A stretch of 64,000 bases of DNA from an uncultured Gammaproteobacteria bacterium (lineage in GTDB: Bacteria; Patescibacteriota; Patescibacteriia; UBA1558; 2-01-FULL-52-15). Shown in pieces: positions 28,120 to 37,947 of this stretch. The stretch covers positions 568,823-632,822 of the forward strand of contig CAYOCJ010000001.1 in assembly GCA_964402565.1 (NCBI GenBank). Reading direction: 5' to 3'. Both the position numbers and the translations under genes were made by a program. The notes beneath the pieces are model-generated. The model was not told the origin of the DNA, ran no database searches, and was given only the letters and a program-made list of their open reading frames with translations. Position 1 is the first letter of the stretch, and each line of letters opens with the position of its first letter.

Positions 28120-28581
28120 TTACTTGATAACTTTATCAACGGTGACTTGTTGTCCGAAAAAAGTATCGCAAGCTCCGAGCATCACATGATCACCGCTTTG
28201 CTGGACATACATTCTTGATTCCGTCGTTGAGTTGCTGAGCGGATCGAGAAGCATTTCTTTCATATACCCAGGCACCAAGGTCTTTGCGAGATCGACGCAG
28301 GGAATATCCTTCGAAAGCGCAGGACAATAAGCTTTACACTCATTGGTATTAGCAATCATTGATGGTTGAGAGGGCAATGCGGGTAATGTTCCGCCATGGT
28401 CCGAAGCATAGTATTGCAATGCCTGCGCAATCACGTCCAAATACCGCTGTCGCTCGTGATTTACCTGTTCACGCCACTGCACCGGATAATTGCTTATGGA
28501 TAATAAAACCAGCACGACAATAATGGATGCGTATACTGCGGCTATGATCTTTAAACCGATCGATAGATGTTTTTTTGGCAT
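28120..28581 (-). CDS. Pilin/GspG-like globular domain protein without a canonical prepilin cleavage site
   Basis: N-terminal TM; IAQALQYYASDHGGTLP and LVPGYMKEMLLDP resemble pilin heads. Confidence 0.6.
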   Translation of the reverse strand: MPKKHLSIGLKIIAAVYASIIVVLVLLSISNYPVQWREQVNHERQRYLDVIAQALQYYASDHGGTLPALPSQPSMIANTNECKAYCPALSKDIPCVDLAKTLVPGYMKEMLLDPLSNSTTESRMYVQQSGDHVMLGACDTFFGQQVTVDKVIK

Positions 28582-28584
28582 ACT

Positions 28585-29601
28585 CTAGTTTGACGTCGAG
28601 ATGATAGCCCTGGCTGCATCCCACATGGAGCTGTCGCCTTTTGTTTTAAGCAAATACCACCACTCCACTCCCCAAAAATAAGCCTGCTTGAAACCGGTCC
28701 TTCGTGCAAGCTCAGCATTTGTCTGCAGCTGCTGCACCGTGAATGATTTCGCAGCTTCCTCGGGACCTATATCCTGTACTTTCTTGAAATGTGCTGGCCA
28801 TGGTTCTGCCTGCAGCTCTGCAACGATAGCTGATTGAGGTGACTTGCCCGCAAATTTCGCTTTTACATCATACAGCCATGCGGGCCATGGCCAGCGGAAA
28901 TAGCCAAAATAATTATTCCACACAACTCGGTAAATGGTAATGCCAAGAATATCAGAAAAGTGGGCGGCCTTTCGCCATGTATTCAGCTCGCCAGAATCTG
29001 TCAAAATAAGCGGGCGCGGATCAGCGAGCCGCAAGTTGTTTATCTCAGTTTTGATCAAGTCTTCATCAGCTTTCGGGCATTCGCCAAACCATGAAAAGAA
29101 GTATTCATTTTCAAGCTGCCAGGCGCTGATCGATGATACGCTCTTGAAATGTTCAATTGCAGCCTTTGACATCGCCAGATGCGCCTGCTTCATATCAGCG
29201 TCTGAAAGCGAGTTTGACCACCCAGGCTGATGGCATTCGGGCCAGCGCGGCAAGCGGCGCCCGATATTCAAAATAAAATGTACATTGCGTTTCGTACCTT
29301 CTGCAAGCATCCAATCATAGTCGGAAAAATCGTAGGTTCCTTTCGTCCGCTCAATATCGTCCCAATACACGGGCAATCGCACCTGTTTGACCCCAAGGTC
29401 ATCAAGCATACTCGTATATGCAGCGCGCCAATCTAAGCCAAGCTCTTCTGCATATTTTTTTGAGAATGTCACTCCCCAGAAATGCTCCGGAACTTTTGAT
29501 TGCTGCAGCGTAAGGTGATGGCCCGCGAACTTGAAATACCAAAAACCCCAAACAATACAAAGAAACAAGATCAAAAATTTCTTAGAATGTCTGCGGCTCA
29601 T
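28585..29601 (-). CDS. Membrane-anchored clan GH-A glycoside hydrolase (GH5/35/42-like)
   Basis: VRLPVYWDDIE, WQLENEY (acid/base) and AELQAEPW (nucleophile). Confidence 0.75.
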   Translation of the reverse strand: MSRRHSKKFLILFLCIVWGFWYFKFAGHHLTLQQSKVPEHFWGVTFSKKYAEELGLDWRAAYTSMLDDLGVKQVRLPVYWDDIERTKGTYDFSDYDWMLAEGTKRNVHFILNIGRRLPRWPECHQPGWSNSLSDADMKQAHLAMSKAAIEHFKSVSSISAWQLENEYFFSWFGECPKADEDLIKTEINNLRLADPRPLILTDSGELNTWRKAAHFSDILGITIYRVVWNNYFGYFRWPWPAWLYDVKAKFAGKSPQSAIVAELQAEPWPAHFKKVQDIGPEEAAKSFTVQQLQTNAELARRTGFKQAYFWGVEWWYLLKTKGDSSMWDAARAIISTSN

Positions 29602-29604
29602 GCA

Positions 29605-30549
29605 TTAAATGGCTACGAAGTAGAGACCTATGCCGATGAAAATGAGTGCGGCAATTTTCTGCAGGATAACAGGAGCGCTAATATGTTCCTGCAATAATTT
29701 TGGCTTGAAAAATGTAATGAGCGCCGCAAACAAAAGAATGAATACATACTGGAAACTTTGCAGTGCTGATACGAGCGCAACGCTGACATGCGGGAACGAT
29801 ATGACATAACGCTGGCCGACAAATCCAATAGCTCCTAAACCCTGGCTTGCTAACCAAATCACTTTCATGCGGAATGAAAGCGGTTTCAGGCTGTTCGCGA
29901 TCGATGCACGAATGGATTTTGAAAAGGCTAAGAACACGAGCGCGACTGCAGTTCCAAGCTGTGGCCAGACCAGGCTATTCATGAAACCCTCTTCGCGGGA
30001 TAAGTATTGCGTCAGAACAAGAAAAAGAGAGAACGATAACGAGGCAGCAAGGGCATAGATGGTACCCCATCTCCTTGGCTGGCTTGTTTTTCCGCGAGGT
30101 GTAATGGAAATAATGATGGTTCCGATAACTAAAAATAAGAAAGCAAGGAACTTCGCTGTATCAAGCGGATCGTAGCTAAAGGTCATGAAAAAAGCCAAGA
30201 TCGGCATGCTGCCGCCTATGACAGGCAATACGCGCGATGCTTCTCCTTTTTGCAATGCCGTATACAGCAAGTAGATCGCCAGTGTAAAAATAATGCCGAC
30301 AAAAATTGCGACGAGCGTATGCCACAAAGTCATGAAGGTCAGAAGTCCGAATGGCATCGGCCGGCTGTCAATGAATTGGCTGACCATGACATCAATGACC
30401 AGCAAAGCCACAACGCCGACGCTCATCACCGAAACCCAGGTCGCATAGACGATACTTTCAGTGACAATGCTGGACAAAAAAATTTTATCAACCAGATTGC
30501 TGATGGATAAAATAAAGTATGAAATCAATATAATGTAGAGCCAATTCAT
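29605..30549 (-). CDS. EamA/DMT family transporter
   Basis: About 10 TM in two repeats; ALQKGEASRVLP. Confidence 0.8.
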   Translation of the reverse strand: MNWLYIILISYFILSISNLVDKIFLSSIVTESIVYATWVSVMSVGVVALLVIDVMVSQFIDSRPMPFGLLTFMTLWHTLVAIFVGIIFTLAIYLLYTALQKGEASRVLPVIGGSMPILAFFMTFSYDPLDTAKFLAFLFLVIGTIIISITPRGKTSQPRRWGTIYALAASLSFSLFLVLTQYLSREEGFMNSLVWPQLGTAVALVFLAFSKSIRASIANSLKPLSFRMKVIWLASQGLGAIGFVGQRYVISFPHVSVALVSALQSFQYVFILLFAALITFFKPKLLQEHISAPVILQKIAALIFIGIGLYFVAI

Positions 30550-30606
30550 GCAATAGGGCCATTGATTGAATACCTAGTAGTATAGCATATAAAGCTGGGG
30601 TATAAC

Positions 30607-30636
30607 AAAAGACTTTATGCACGCATAAAGTCTTTT
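30607..30636. terminator. Bidirectional intrinsic terminator downstream of the Cys-rich peptide
   Basis: AAAAGACTTTATGC-AC-GCATAAAGTCTTTT perfect inverted repeat. Confidence 0.8.
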
Positions 30637-30655
30637 CGCAAGGCCGGAAAAATGC

Positions 30656-30775
30656 CTATTTACCGCACGGACAAGCGTTTCCGCATGAGCACTCTGGCGC
30701 TCCCGCGGTGCCGCATGCGCAACCGCAATCGCACCCTTCAGCGCCGCAATTGCATGATTTTTTTTCTTCGTCCAT
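30656..30775 (-). CDS. 39-aa metallothionein-like Cys-rich peptide (below the ORF-track cutoff)
   Basis: MDEEKKSCNCGAEGCDCGCACGTAGAPECSCGNACPCGK*: 10 Cys, all in CxC motifs; promoter-like TTCACA-17-TATACT upstream and a terminator downstream. Confidence 0.8.
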   Translation of the reverse strand: MDEEKKSCNCGAEGCDCGCACGTAGAPECSCGNACPCGK

Positions 30776-30842
30776 GGTGTTCTCAATTAATGATCTTCAG
30801 TATAGGATACCGCGGCGAAGCTGTGAACGCAAGCAATATTCA

Positions 30843-32165
30843 TTATAACTGCTCGATGACCGAGCGCAATTCTCGCATATGACTGCCTTCGTACTCTTCT
30901 CGTGTAATATGCGCAGCTGCATACAATGCATTCAGCGGCTTGCTGTCTTTCACCTGGTAATGACGAGGATAATGATATTCGATAGGTCCATTGTCGAGCA
31001 CGATAATGTGCTGCCGCTGGAGATAATCTCTTAGTGCCTGATCATTGCCATGGCTTCGGAATCCGCCTTGCACCGCAAGCGCCGCCAATGCGTCGTGATC
31101 AAGCATCACCGTATACGGAATATGAAAAATCTTCATCAGTTCAATATAGACATCGATATTGCTCTTACCATGGACATGTATCACCTTGATATCATCCGGC
31201 CCCTGATAAAACCGGTCAATCAAACCGCGCATCAAGATCCGGTCAGACACTCCCTCGACAAGCAGGACCTTATCGGCGAAGAACATTTCCAGATTATCAG
31301 CGTTCAGCTCCTGCACGAGTCGCTCCTGATCAAATTGACTCGGGTTTTGAGCGAGTGAATATACGTGACTACCGTCAGCATCTTTGAGCACACGATACAC
31401 TTGCCGCAATGTATACGCGGTCACAAATAAGGGTGAATGCGTCGTCATGATGATCTGGCAGGTTGCCCTGCTGCTCAGAATCTTGAGCAGCTTCTTGATC
31501 ATACCCGGATGTAAGTGGATTTCAGGCTCATCGATCATGACGATGGAGTATTCAGGATGCAGCGCATACAGCAAAATGACTAGCACACGCCGAAAGCCGC
31601 CGCCAAGCCGGTCGATCGTAATGCTTTTTGGCCCTACTGATACTGAACCAAATCCGGCAGATGAATCATCCACAATACTATTGATGCTTTCAACTTCCGG
31701 GAAATGGTCATGCAATAGATTTGTTAATACACCGAACTGCTGCGGGTATTTTTGAGCAAAAGAAGTATAATCTTTTTCTATCTGAAAAAAATCAGAAAAA
31801 TCCTCATACCTGAGCATTTTACACCTGCGGCTCAAGGTGGTCATTAACTCTGGTGAAAGTTTCCGCGAATGATCATCAGACGCATTGACTTCATAGTGCG
31901 TGCCTTTGAAGAAGACGCGCTGGCCGCCATGCAGCAGATCCTGGCCATGCGATCCTAACTCCAGCGTCATCATGATCTCAGAACGATAGTGGTGTAGCCG
32001 GGTAGGAGACAACTCTGGATGCAAAACAAAATCTATGGCGTCCAGAATATTGGTTTTGCCGCAATTATTCGGGCCAATAAATACATTAAAATTCGGCGAA
32101 AGCGGTATGCTGACGGGGTGAATAAAGCTCTTATAAGACCCTATCCAGAGATCCGAAATGACCAT
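30843..32165 (-). CDS. OLD-family ATP-dependent nuclease (ABC ATPase plus TOPRIM)
   Basis: GPNNCGKT, LGGGFRR, IDEPEIHLHP, TTHSP, LLVEGVSD, LDHD. Start placed at ATG 32165 after TGCTATACT. Confidence 0.9.
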   Translation of the reverse strand: MVISDLWIGSYKSFIHPVSIPLSPNFNVFIGPNNCGKTNILDAIDFVLHPELSPTRLHHYRSEIMMTLELGSHGQDLLHGGQRVFFKGTHYEVNASDDHSRKLSPELMTTLSRRCKMLRYEDFSDFFQIEKDYTSFAQKYPQQFGVLTNLLHDHFPEVESINSIVDDSSAGFGSVSVGPKSITIDRLGGGFRRVLVILLYALHPEYSIVMIDEPEIHLHPGMIKKLLKILSSRATCQIIMTTHSPLFVTAYTLRQVYRVLKDADGSHVYSLAQNPSQFDQERLVQELNADNLEMFFADKVLLVEGVSDRILMRGLIDRFYQGPDDIKVIHVHGKSNIDVYIELMKIFHIPYTVMLDHDALAALAVQGGFRSHGNDQALRDYLQRQHIIVLDNGPIEYHYPRHYQVKDSKPLNALYAAAHITREEYEGSHMRELRSVIEQL

Positions 32166-32195
32166 GCAACAAGTATAGCACACTGCGATACACCA

Positions 32196-32228
32196 AACCG
32201 CCCTGCGCCGGGTCGGCGCAGGGCGGTT
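32196..32228. terminator. GC-rich hairpin, probable terminator after the CAP-domain gene
   Basis: AACCGCCCTGCGCCG-GGT-CGGCGCAGGGCGGTT. Confidence 0.65.
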
Positions 32229-32251
32229 CTAACAGCGATTACAATGTCTGG

Positions 32252-33598
32252 TTACCTGATAAAAAACGAGCCCAAAATCCTAATATGTTCGCCTATGGCC
32301 TCAACCGCATGGATGTGAACATAGAATGCGCTCGCGACAACCAGGATAAGTGCCAGCGCATTCAGAATGATATGCGCATGCTGTACCTTGATCTTTACGA
32401 CGATATTGACCAGCAATAATCCAACCAAAGATAGTAAGAATACAAATAAGAAACGGTCAGCCCATGCAATAGCGTGCTGCAGCCACGTCCCTTTGCTCAG
32501 GACAACGCCGGTCTTGAACTGGTCAACGATCTGTCCCTGTTCATTGGTCACCGCTTCACCCAAGACTTCTATCTCAGGCTGCAATGCTGCAAGCGTAGCA
32601 GGATCCAATCGAGTCGGCTCTGCCGAAGGTTGTCCGGTAACGGTTGTTGGATTTGGCTGAACGACCGGCTGCGGTGCTGGCGCAGGTTGAGGCTGCGTTA
32701 CGATAGGCGTTGGAGCTGGTGCCGGTTTCGGAGCTGGCTGCGGAGTCGGTTTCGGCTTCACGACCGGCTGCGGTGCTGGCGCAGGGGTTGGCGTTGGCGC
32801 AGGCACAGGAGTCGGCGTTGGCTTTACTTCAGCCACTGGCGCGGGAGGCGTGTCAGCAGACACAACCTTGGTGACCGGTTGCTTCTGTGTGCCAAAAAAT
32901 ACAACCATCAGATTCGTCTGATGCCCGTCCAAATTACCGCTTAGTGTAGCAATACCGATCTCTTCATAGGCAGCATTCAGCAAATTTTTGTCATGCGTCG
33001 GGCTAGCCTGAAACGCTTTGAAAACTGAGTTTGCGGTAAGAAAATCCATGCCAAGGTTCTCACCCATTGCTTTAAAATCATAGCGAGCCGGATCCAGCCA
33101 CTGCCACGGTTTCTTGCCATCCGGGCCATAGTGGCTGAAATAATTCTCAGCGATCATGTCATTGCCTTTCGCCGTTGCTGCTTCTTCAAGATATGAGTTC
33201 ACGGCGAGTTCATGCCCTCCCCGCTCGACCCGGTATTGATTGATGAGCGTATACATCTGTGAGCGAATATCCTGCTCCAGTCGTCCGAGATTCGGATAGA
33301 GCACGAATAAAGTCGAGATCAAAGCGACTTTAATAAAGACGACCAACAGCATGATGTGCTTTACTGAACGAGCCTGAAAGACTTTTGGCTGATAGCCATT
33401 ACGCTCATGCGGTATGACAAAATCAACCAGCGCTCGCGATGCCGTATGCAGGCGCAGTGAAAAGATCTCACTTAGTTTGTCGCGTTCTTCTTGAGGCATA
33501 TGACGATACATAATCCAACTCACCAAAGCTGCACCGCTGAACAATAACTTGATCAATGGGTGATGCTTATGCGGTTTATTATCTTCAGTATTGCCCAT
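32252..33598 (-). CDS. CAP/SCP domain membrane protein with a Pro-rich stalk
   Basis: INQYR, NYFSH, GENL, SPTHDKNLLN; PAPTP-rich linker; C-terminal TM segments. Confidence 0.9.
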   Translation of the reverse strand: MGNTEDNKPHKHHPLIKLLFSGAALVSWIMYRHMPQEERDKLSEIFSLRLHTASRALVDFVIPHERNGYQPKVFQARSVKHIMLLVVFIKVALISTLFVLYPNLGRLEQDIRSQMYTLINQYRVERGGHELAVNSYLEEAATAKGNDMIAENYFSHYGPDGKKPWQWLDPARYDFKAMGENLGMDFLTANSVFKAFQASPTHDKNLLNAAYEEIGIATLSGNLDGHQTNLMVVFFGTQKQPVTKVVSADTPPAPVAEVKPTPTPVPAPTPTPAPAPQPVVKPKPTPQPAPKPAPAPTPIVTQPQPAPAPQPVVQPNPTTVTGQPSAEPTRLDPATLAALQPEIEVLGEAVTNEQGQIVDQFKTGVVLSKGTWLQHAIAWADRFLFVFLLSLVGLLLVNIVVKIKVQHAHIILNALALILVVASAFYVHIHAVEAIGEHIRILGSFFIR

Positions 33599-33662
33599 AT
33601 GATATCTATAATACCATATTTATTTGCATTTGTCAAAGCAGAGCTTACTAACAGGGCTAACC

Positions 33663-34307
33663 TTAGAGCTGTACAGGATATGCTTCGACTACAATACGAT
33701 TTTTACTCGTAAATTTGGGCGTGCAGCTGAATAAGGTCAGCTTTGGAGTCTTGGTATTTGCAAGGATGTCTACCTTGCTTGGTTTCACGATCGAGACTTT
33801 AGCTACAGCGTAATGATACTCCTTGCCCTCCCATGTCAGAGAGATAGGATCGCCGACCTTCATTTTGTCGATGTCCCAGAATGTTTTTGTACTTGGAGGA
33901 CGCCACATGTATCGATGTGCAGAGATCACCGTATTGCCGCCCTTTGCAGGCGTAGATGTGCCAGGCACATGCCATAAACCCTTGTTCAGAGTTTTTTCGC
34001 TTTTTCCTTCTAGCACGGCACTGTTCACGCCCATGCGGGAAACTACCAGAGTGTTCGTCACTTGTTTAACCGGCGGCTTTGTCGGAACAATTACTTTCTT
34101 CACCGTAGCAGCCTGAACAACCGGCACAGGGAATGAAAGATTCTGTGAAGTCACCGTTGCTGTTACCGCTTGCTCATCTTCGTTCGCATATGTCTGCAAA
34201 GCTGCATGAGCGCCGAGTACACCTACGCCAAACCCTGCTGCTAAGGCGAGTAGCGAGATGACCGCTACGAAGCGGACTGAGAATTTATTGCGATTGTCGA
34301 TAGGCAT
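33663..34307 (-). CDS. Sortase
   Basis: GNTVISAHR (His), LTLFSC (TLxxC) and NRIVV (Arg). Confidence 0.92.
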   Translation of the reverse strand: MPIDNRNKFSVRFVAVISLLALAAGFGVGVLGAHAALQTYANEDEQAVTATVTSQNLSFPVPVVQAATVKKVIVPTKPPVKQVTNTLVVSRMGVNSAVLEGKSEKTLNKGLWHVPGTSTPAKGGNTVISAHRYMWRPPSTKTFWDIDKMKVGDPISLTWEGKEYHYAVAKVSIVKPSKVDILANTKTPKLTLFSCTPKFTSKNRIVVEAYPVQL

Positions 34308-37300
34308 AAAAGAATGAGCTTATTGAAGTCGAGATAAAGAGAACTGTCAAGACTAATAGCCAAGCGCCGACATTTTCGCCACCGGTATCCGGCAATGTCT
34401 TGAATGGCGCTTCAACACCCAAGACGACTGGTTTGAAGACCTGTACATTGACCGAATCTTCGACCGGCTGGCCATTTCGAATGGTTGCGGTCGCGTGATT
34501 GACATAGGTACCCGTTGCTACTGAATTATCAATATGCACCGCATAGGTAGTTGTCTGTACCGAGCCGACGCTCATCGGAGCAAAGTCCCATGTCTTGAAT
34601 CCAGTGCCACCGTCAACGAAGGTAAAGCCAGATGGCAATGTGTCTGATAATTTAGGATCATACGCAACCGTGTTGCCTGTATTCTTGATCACAACCGTAT
34701 AGGTAACAGTGTCGCCAGCTTCTACGGTGTTTTTATCTACGGTCTTATCGATAGAGATGGTAGGTACTGAGAAGAATCCTCCGCCACCACCGCCTCCTCC
34801 TCCACCTCCGCCACCACCGCCACAATTTGATGTGCATGATGGATTCGAATTTGAAGGCGTCACACATTGGCCATCGCTGTTAACTACCATACCCTCAGGC
34901 ACGGTGCTTTGAACACCATCGATATTCGGACACATGTCGGTCGGCGGCACCGGTTTCGGTGCATTGAATGCTACACAGTAGTAGGTATTTCCAGCTGAGA
35001 CAGCTTCAATATTGTCATAGTTGTCATAATGGTTCGTATCCTTATGGCAATAGATCTCAGCAGTTACATTATCTGCATTAGGACTTTGCGGCGGATAGGT
35101 GAACGGAATGTAGCCATCCTTTAATACTTCACGAACCCACAGCGATGGAGCTCCTTCAAGGTCGCTGATCGTTGCAGTAGCGACGCCTTCGGCATTAGTA
35201 ACACCGAACGTTTTCCAGTCGCTATAGTTCGTACCGGTAGTAGTATTTGGTCCGCAATAGGGTGCATCGCACATACCAGTAGAATCTCCGGCAGCCGTAG
35301 CCTCACCTATGAAGTCGCCTTTTAATTTATCAACGCCTTCCTGGCCGTCCTTATCGCCGAAACCCCATTGGAAGTTCCAATCAGGAGTCAGGTAGCAATG
35401 CGGATGATCTGCAATAAAGGCTGCTGATGTAGTTGAGGTAATATTCGGCATGCCAGTTTCTCCCCAATTCGGGAGGTCTGCTTCTGAATCGCAGACGATC
35501 TTTGTAGCAATGACGGAGACCGGCTCTATCGTACATTGCGATGAGCAGCCATCACCATTTGCAGTATTTCCGTCATCACAGGCTTCACCAGCTTCCATGA
35601 TGCCGTTTCCGCATTGCGGGCCGGTAACTGGCGGCTGGAAGTTAGCCAGTTTGCATTGATAATCAGATGAACCGTCAGCAAGTATGGTGCAGGAGCCGGT
35701 AACCGGAGTCCAGCCATCTTGCATAACCTCGCGGACCATATAGTCCCCTTGTTCTAAGTTATTGAAGCAATATCCGGTATCGGTAGTAACCGCAGTATCT
35801 ACCAGCGTATAGGGATCATCACCGCAGGTATAGGTCCAGCCATGGCCTGTAATAGCGAGACAGTTTTCATTATCCTGGAGTATTTTTTTATTCTTTATGG
35901 TTTCATCGCTGACGCCGGAAATAGTGTCAGTAATTGAACCGATGATATTTGAGATAATGCTTGGCGCATTTTTCTTATAGAGCTGAATGGTCCAGCCAGA
36001 GAGGTTCTCTTCACCTGGATCCTGAACCGCATTTTGGTTCTTATCATTGAATTTAACTCCGCAAATATTCGAAGTATTCGTTGCCTGCAACGTGCATTGC
36101 TCGGTACAAACCTGATGATCGCCGACGCCGTCAGTGCCATCGCATTGTTCGTCGCCATTCTTGACGCCATCACCGCAATACGGGACAGCCTCTATTTGGC
36201 ATTGATCAGTACAGATTTGATGATCGCCGACGCCGTCTGTGCCATCGCATTGCTCATTAGCATTTTTGATATGATCTCCACAGTATGGAAGATCCTGAAT
36301 AGTGCATTGCTGTGTGCAGGATTGATGATCGCCAACGCCGTCAGTGCCATCGCATTGTTCGTCGCCATTCTTGACGCCATCACCGCAAAAATCGGTACAG
36401 ATCAAGGTGCATTGCAGTGTGCAGGATTGATGATCGCCAACGCCGTCAGTGCCATCGCATTGTTCGTCGCCATTCTTGATATTGTCGCCACAGTACGGGA
36501 CATTCTCCAGAGTGCATTGGCTCGTGCAGCTTTGATGCGGGCCGACGCCGTCAGTGCCATCGCATTGTTCAGTGCCCTCTTTCACATGATTACCGCAGCT
36601 TGGAGCTATGATAGTCGTAGGCTCATCAACGCATACCCAGCGATTATACTCCTGAGTCCAGAAGCATGCGCGGTTATTCAGCACATCTCCGTTCACGACA
36701 GACTCAGACACATGCATCTTGATATGGACTTCGTTTATCTCGCCAGGCGGCACTTCACCGAAGTTCCAATGGTTATTACCATCGACTGGTGACGGGATGC
36801 TTGAGATATAGGATGTACGATTGTCGTAGTACTCTTTGATCTCAACTCCCCCGCCGGTGCAGTAACCGGTGCCGGTATTTGTAAGGCGTAATGTGTAGGT
36901 CAATTCAGAACCAGGCGCTACCGGATCAGCACTATCTGTTTTAACGAGTTCCATACGGCAGAATGGTTCAAGCTTACAATACTTGTTGCATCCGTCGCCG
37001 TTATTGTTATTGCCATCGTCACACTGTTCTGCTTTACCTTCTCCGTTCGGATTTTGTATCGTTCCGTCGCCGCAATAGCTGAGATTTTCAAGCGTGCACT
37101 GGCTCGTACAACGCTGATGCGGACCGACACCGTCTGTGCCGTCACATTGCTCAGTGCCTTCTTTCACATTATTTCCGCATTGAGCTGCGTAAATACATTG
37201 AGGCTTTTTTGGATTTTCAGTTTCGTAAAAAGTATATATGCGTTCACCGATCGTTGCCGAATCCTGCAATTGCTGCAAGGTGGCAGAACCATCAGCCATA

Positions 37301-37824
37301 ACTTGCTCGAGTTTTGTCAACGCTTGTTTGATCGTCGACTGGTCATTCAAGTTCAACCTATCAAAAGCAGAATCGCCATTATCACCGCCTGAAACCAAAG
37401 CATTCAATTGCAAATGGCCTGCGGCAATATTCGATTCATCAGCTAACAAAAATTGGCTCAGCTTACAGCGAGTAGCCGGAATGTCTCCTCCGCTGCAAAC
37501 GGTAGCTAATTCGGTACAGATCTGGCTTGCTCCAATACTGGAGTATACGCCTGAGAAATACTGTGATGACATATTCCTGATCTGCGTCTTCCAGACGCTT
37601 TCGCCGGTGCCATTATGGCAGCCATCATTATTTTTATAATAGCCCTTTGACTTTGCATCACAGGCAGGCCCTGAAGAACTCGTGGCCAGCGCCAGGGACG
37701 TCAATTTGCTCAAAATCCCCGTACTGCCTGCAGCACGATAGACCAAAGGTGATGCCATTGGTAAAACAATATTCACGCTCAAAAAGATGACAGCTATTGT
37801 TTTAAGTAATGATTTCTTACGCAT
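34285..37824 (-). CDS. Sortase-anchored surface protein with Cys-rich (Myxococcus-type) repeats, DUF11-like and SdrD-B-like domains
   Basis: Signal peptide MRKKSLLK...; CGNG..EQCDDGN repeats; VKFNDKNQN; KTVDKNTVEAGDTVTYTV; C-terminal LPDTG plus TM and RQSQ tail. Confidence 0.9.
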   Translation of the reverse strand: MRKKSLLKTIAVIFLSVNIVLPMASPLVYRAAGSTGILSKLTSLALATSSSGPACDAKSKGYYKNNDGCHNGTGESVWKTQIRNMSSQYFSGVYSSIGASQICTELATVCSGGDIPATRCKLSQFLLADESNIAAGHLQLNALVSGGDNGDSAFDRLNLNDQSTIKQALTKLEQVMADGSATLQQLQDSATIGERIYTFYETENPKKPQCIYAAQCGNNVKEGTEQCDGTDGVGPHQRCTSQCTLENLSYCGDGTIQNPNGEGKAEQCDDGNNNNGDGCNKYCKLEPFCRMELVKTDSADPVAPGSELTYTLRLTNTGTGYCTGGGVEIKEYYDNRTSYISSIPSPVDGNNHWNFGEVPPGEINEVHIKMHVSESVVNGDVLNNRACFWTQEYNRWVCVDEPTTIIAPSCGNHVKEGTEQCDGTDGVGPHQSCTSQCTLENVPYCGDNIKNGDEQCDGTDGVGDHQSCTLQCTLICTDFCGDGVKNGDEQCDGTDGVGDHQSCTQQCTIQDLPYCGDHIKNANEQCDGTDGVGDHQICTDQCQIEAVPYCGDGVKNGDEQCDGTDGVGDHQVCTEQCTLQATNTSNICGVKFNDKNQNAVQDPGEENLSGWTIQLYKKNAPSIISNIIGSITDTISGVSDETIKNKKILQDNENCLAITGHGWTYTCGDDPYTLVDTAVTTDTGYCFNNLEQGDYMVREVMQDGWTPVTGSCTILADGSSDYQCKLANFQPPVTGPQCGNGIMEAGEACDDGNTANGDGCSSQCTIEPVSVIATKIVCDSEADLPNWGETGMPNITSTTSAAFIADHPHCYLTPDWNFQWGFGDKDGQEGVDKLKGDFIGEATAAGDSTGMCDAPYCGPNTTTGTNYSDWKTFGVTNAEGVATATISDLEGAPSLWVREVLKDGYIPFTYPPQSPNADNVTAEIYCHKDTNHYDNYDNIEAVSAGNTYYCVAFNAPKPVPPTDMCPNIDGVQSTVPEGMVVNSDGQCVTPSNSNPSCTSNCGGGGGGGGGGGGGGGFFSVPTISIDKTVDKNTVEAGDTVTYTVVIKNTGNTVAYDPKLSDTLPSGFTFVDGGTGFKTWDFAPMSVGSVQTTTYAVHIDNSVATGTYVNHATATIRNGQPVEDSVNVQVFKPVVLGVEAPFKTLPDTGGENVGAWLLVLTVLFISTSISSFFYAYRQSQ
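34777..34821 (-). repeat. Gly15 tract (GGN x15) in the sortase substrate
   Basis: Fifteen consecutive glycine codons read directly from the sequence. Confidence 0.95.
36080..36597 (-). repeat. Five tandem 105-bp (35-aa) Cys/Asp-rich coding repeats; a further copy lies near 37075-37180
   Basis: CGDxxKNxxEQCDGTDGVGxHQxCTxQC; near-identical DNA core gccgtcagtgccatcgcattgttc. Confidence 0.9.
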
Positions 37825-37947
37825 AGGCTTATTTTTTACCCTATAATTTTGCTTAAAATTAGGCTTTTTTAATGGGAAATTAATAAATAACATAGAAAAA
37901 TACCATATATCTATGGTATTGTCAAGGGGGGGGCACTATATAATCGA

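Noticed and set aside
30574-30786. 70-aa ORF from the track
   Set aside because: It has a non-ATG start and crosses a terminator. The overlapping Cys-rich frame 30656-30775 fits the signals far better.
30843-32165. Gabija or retron defence system
   Set aside because: No GajB/UvrD helicase or reverse transcriptase is adjacent.
36080-36597. Regularly spaced repeats resembling a CRISPR array
   Set aside because: The 105-bp period is in frame within a protein, the intervening parts are homologous to each other, and there are no cas genes.
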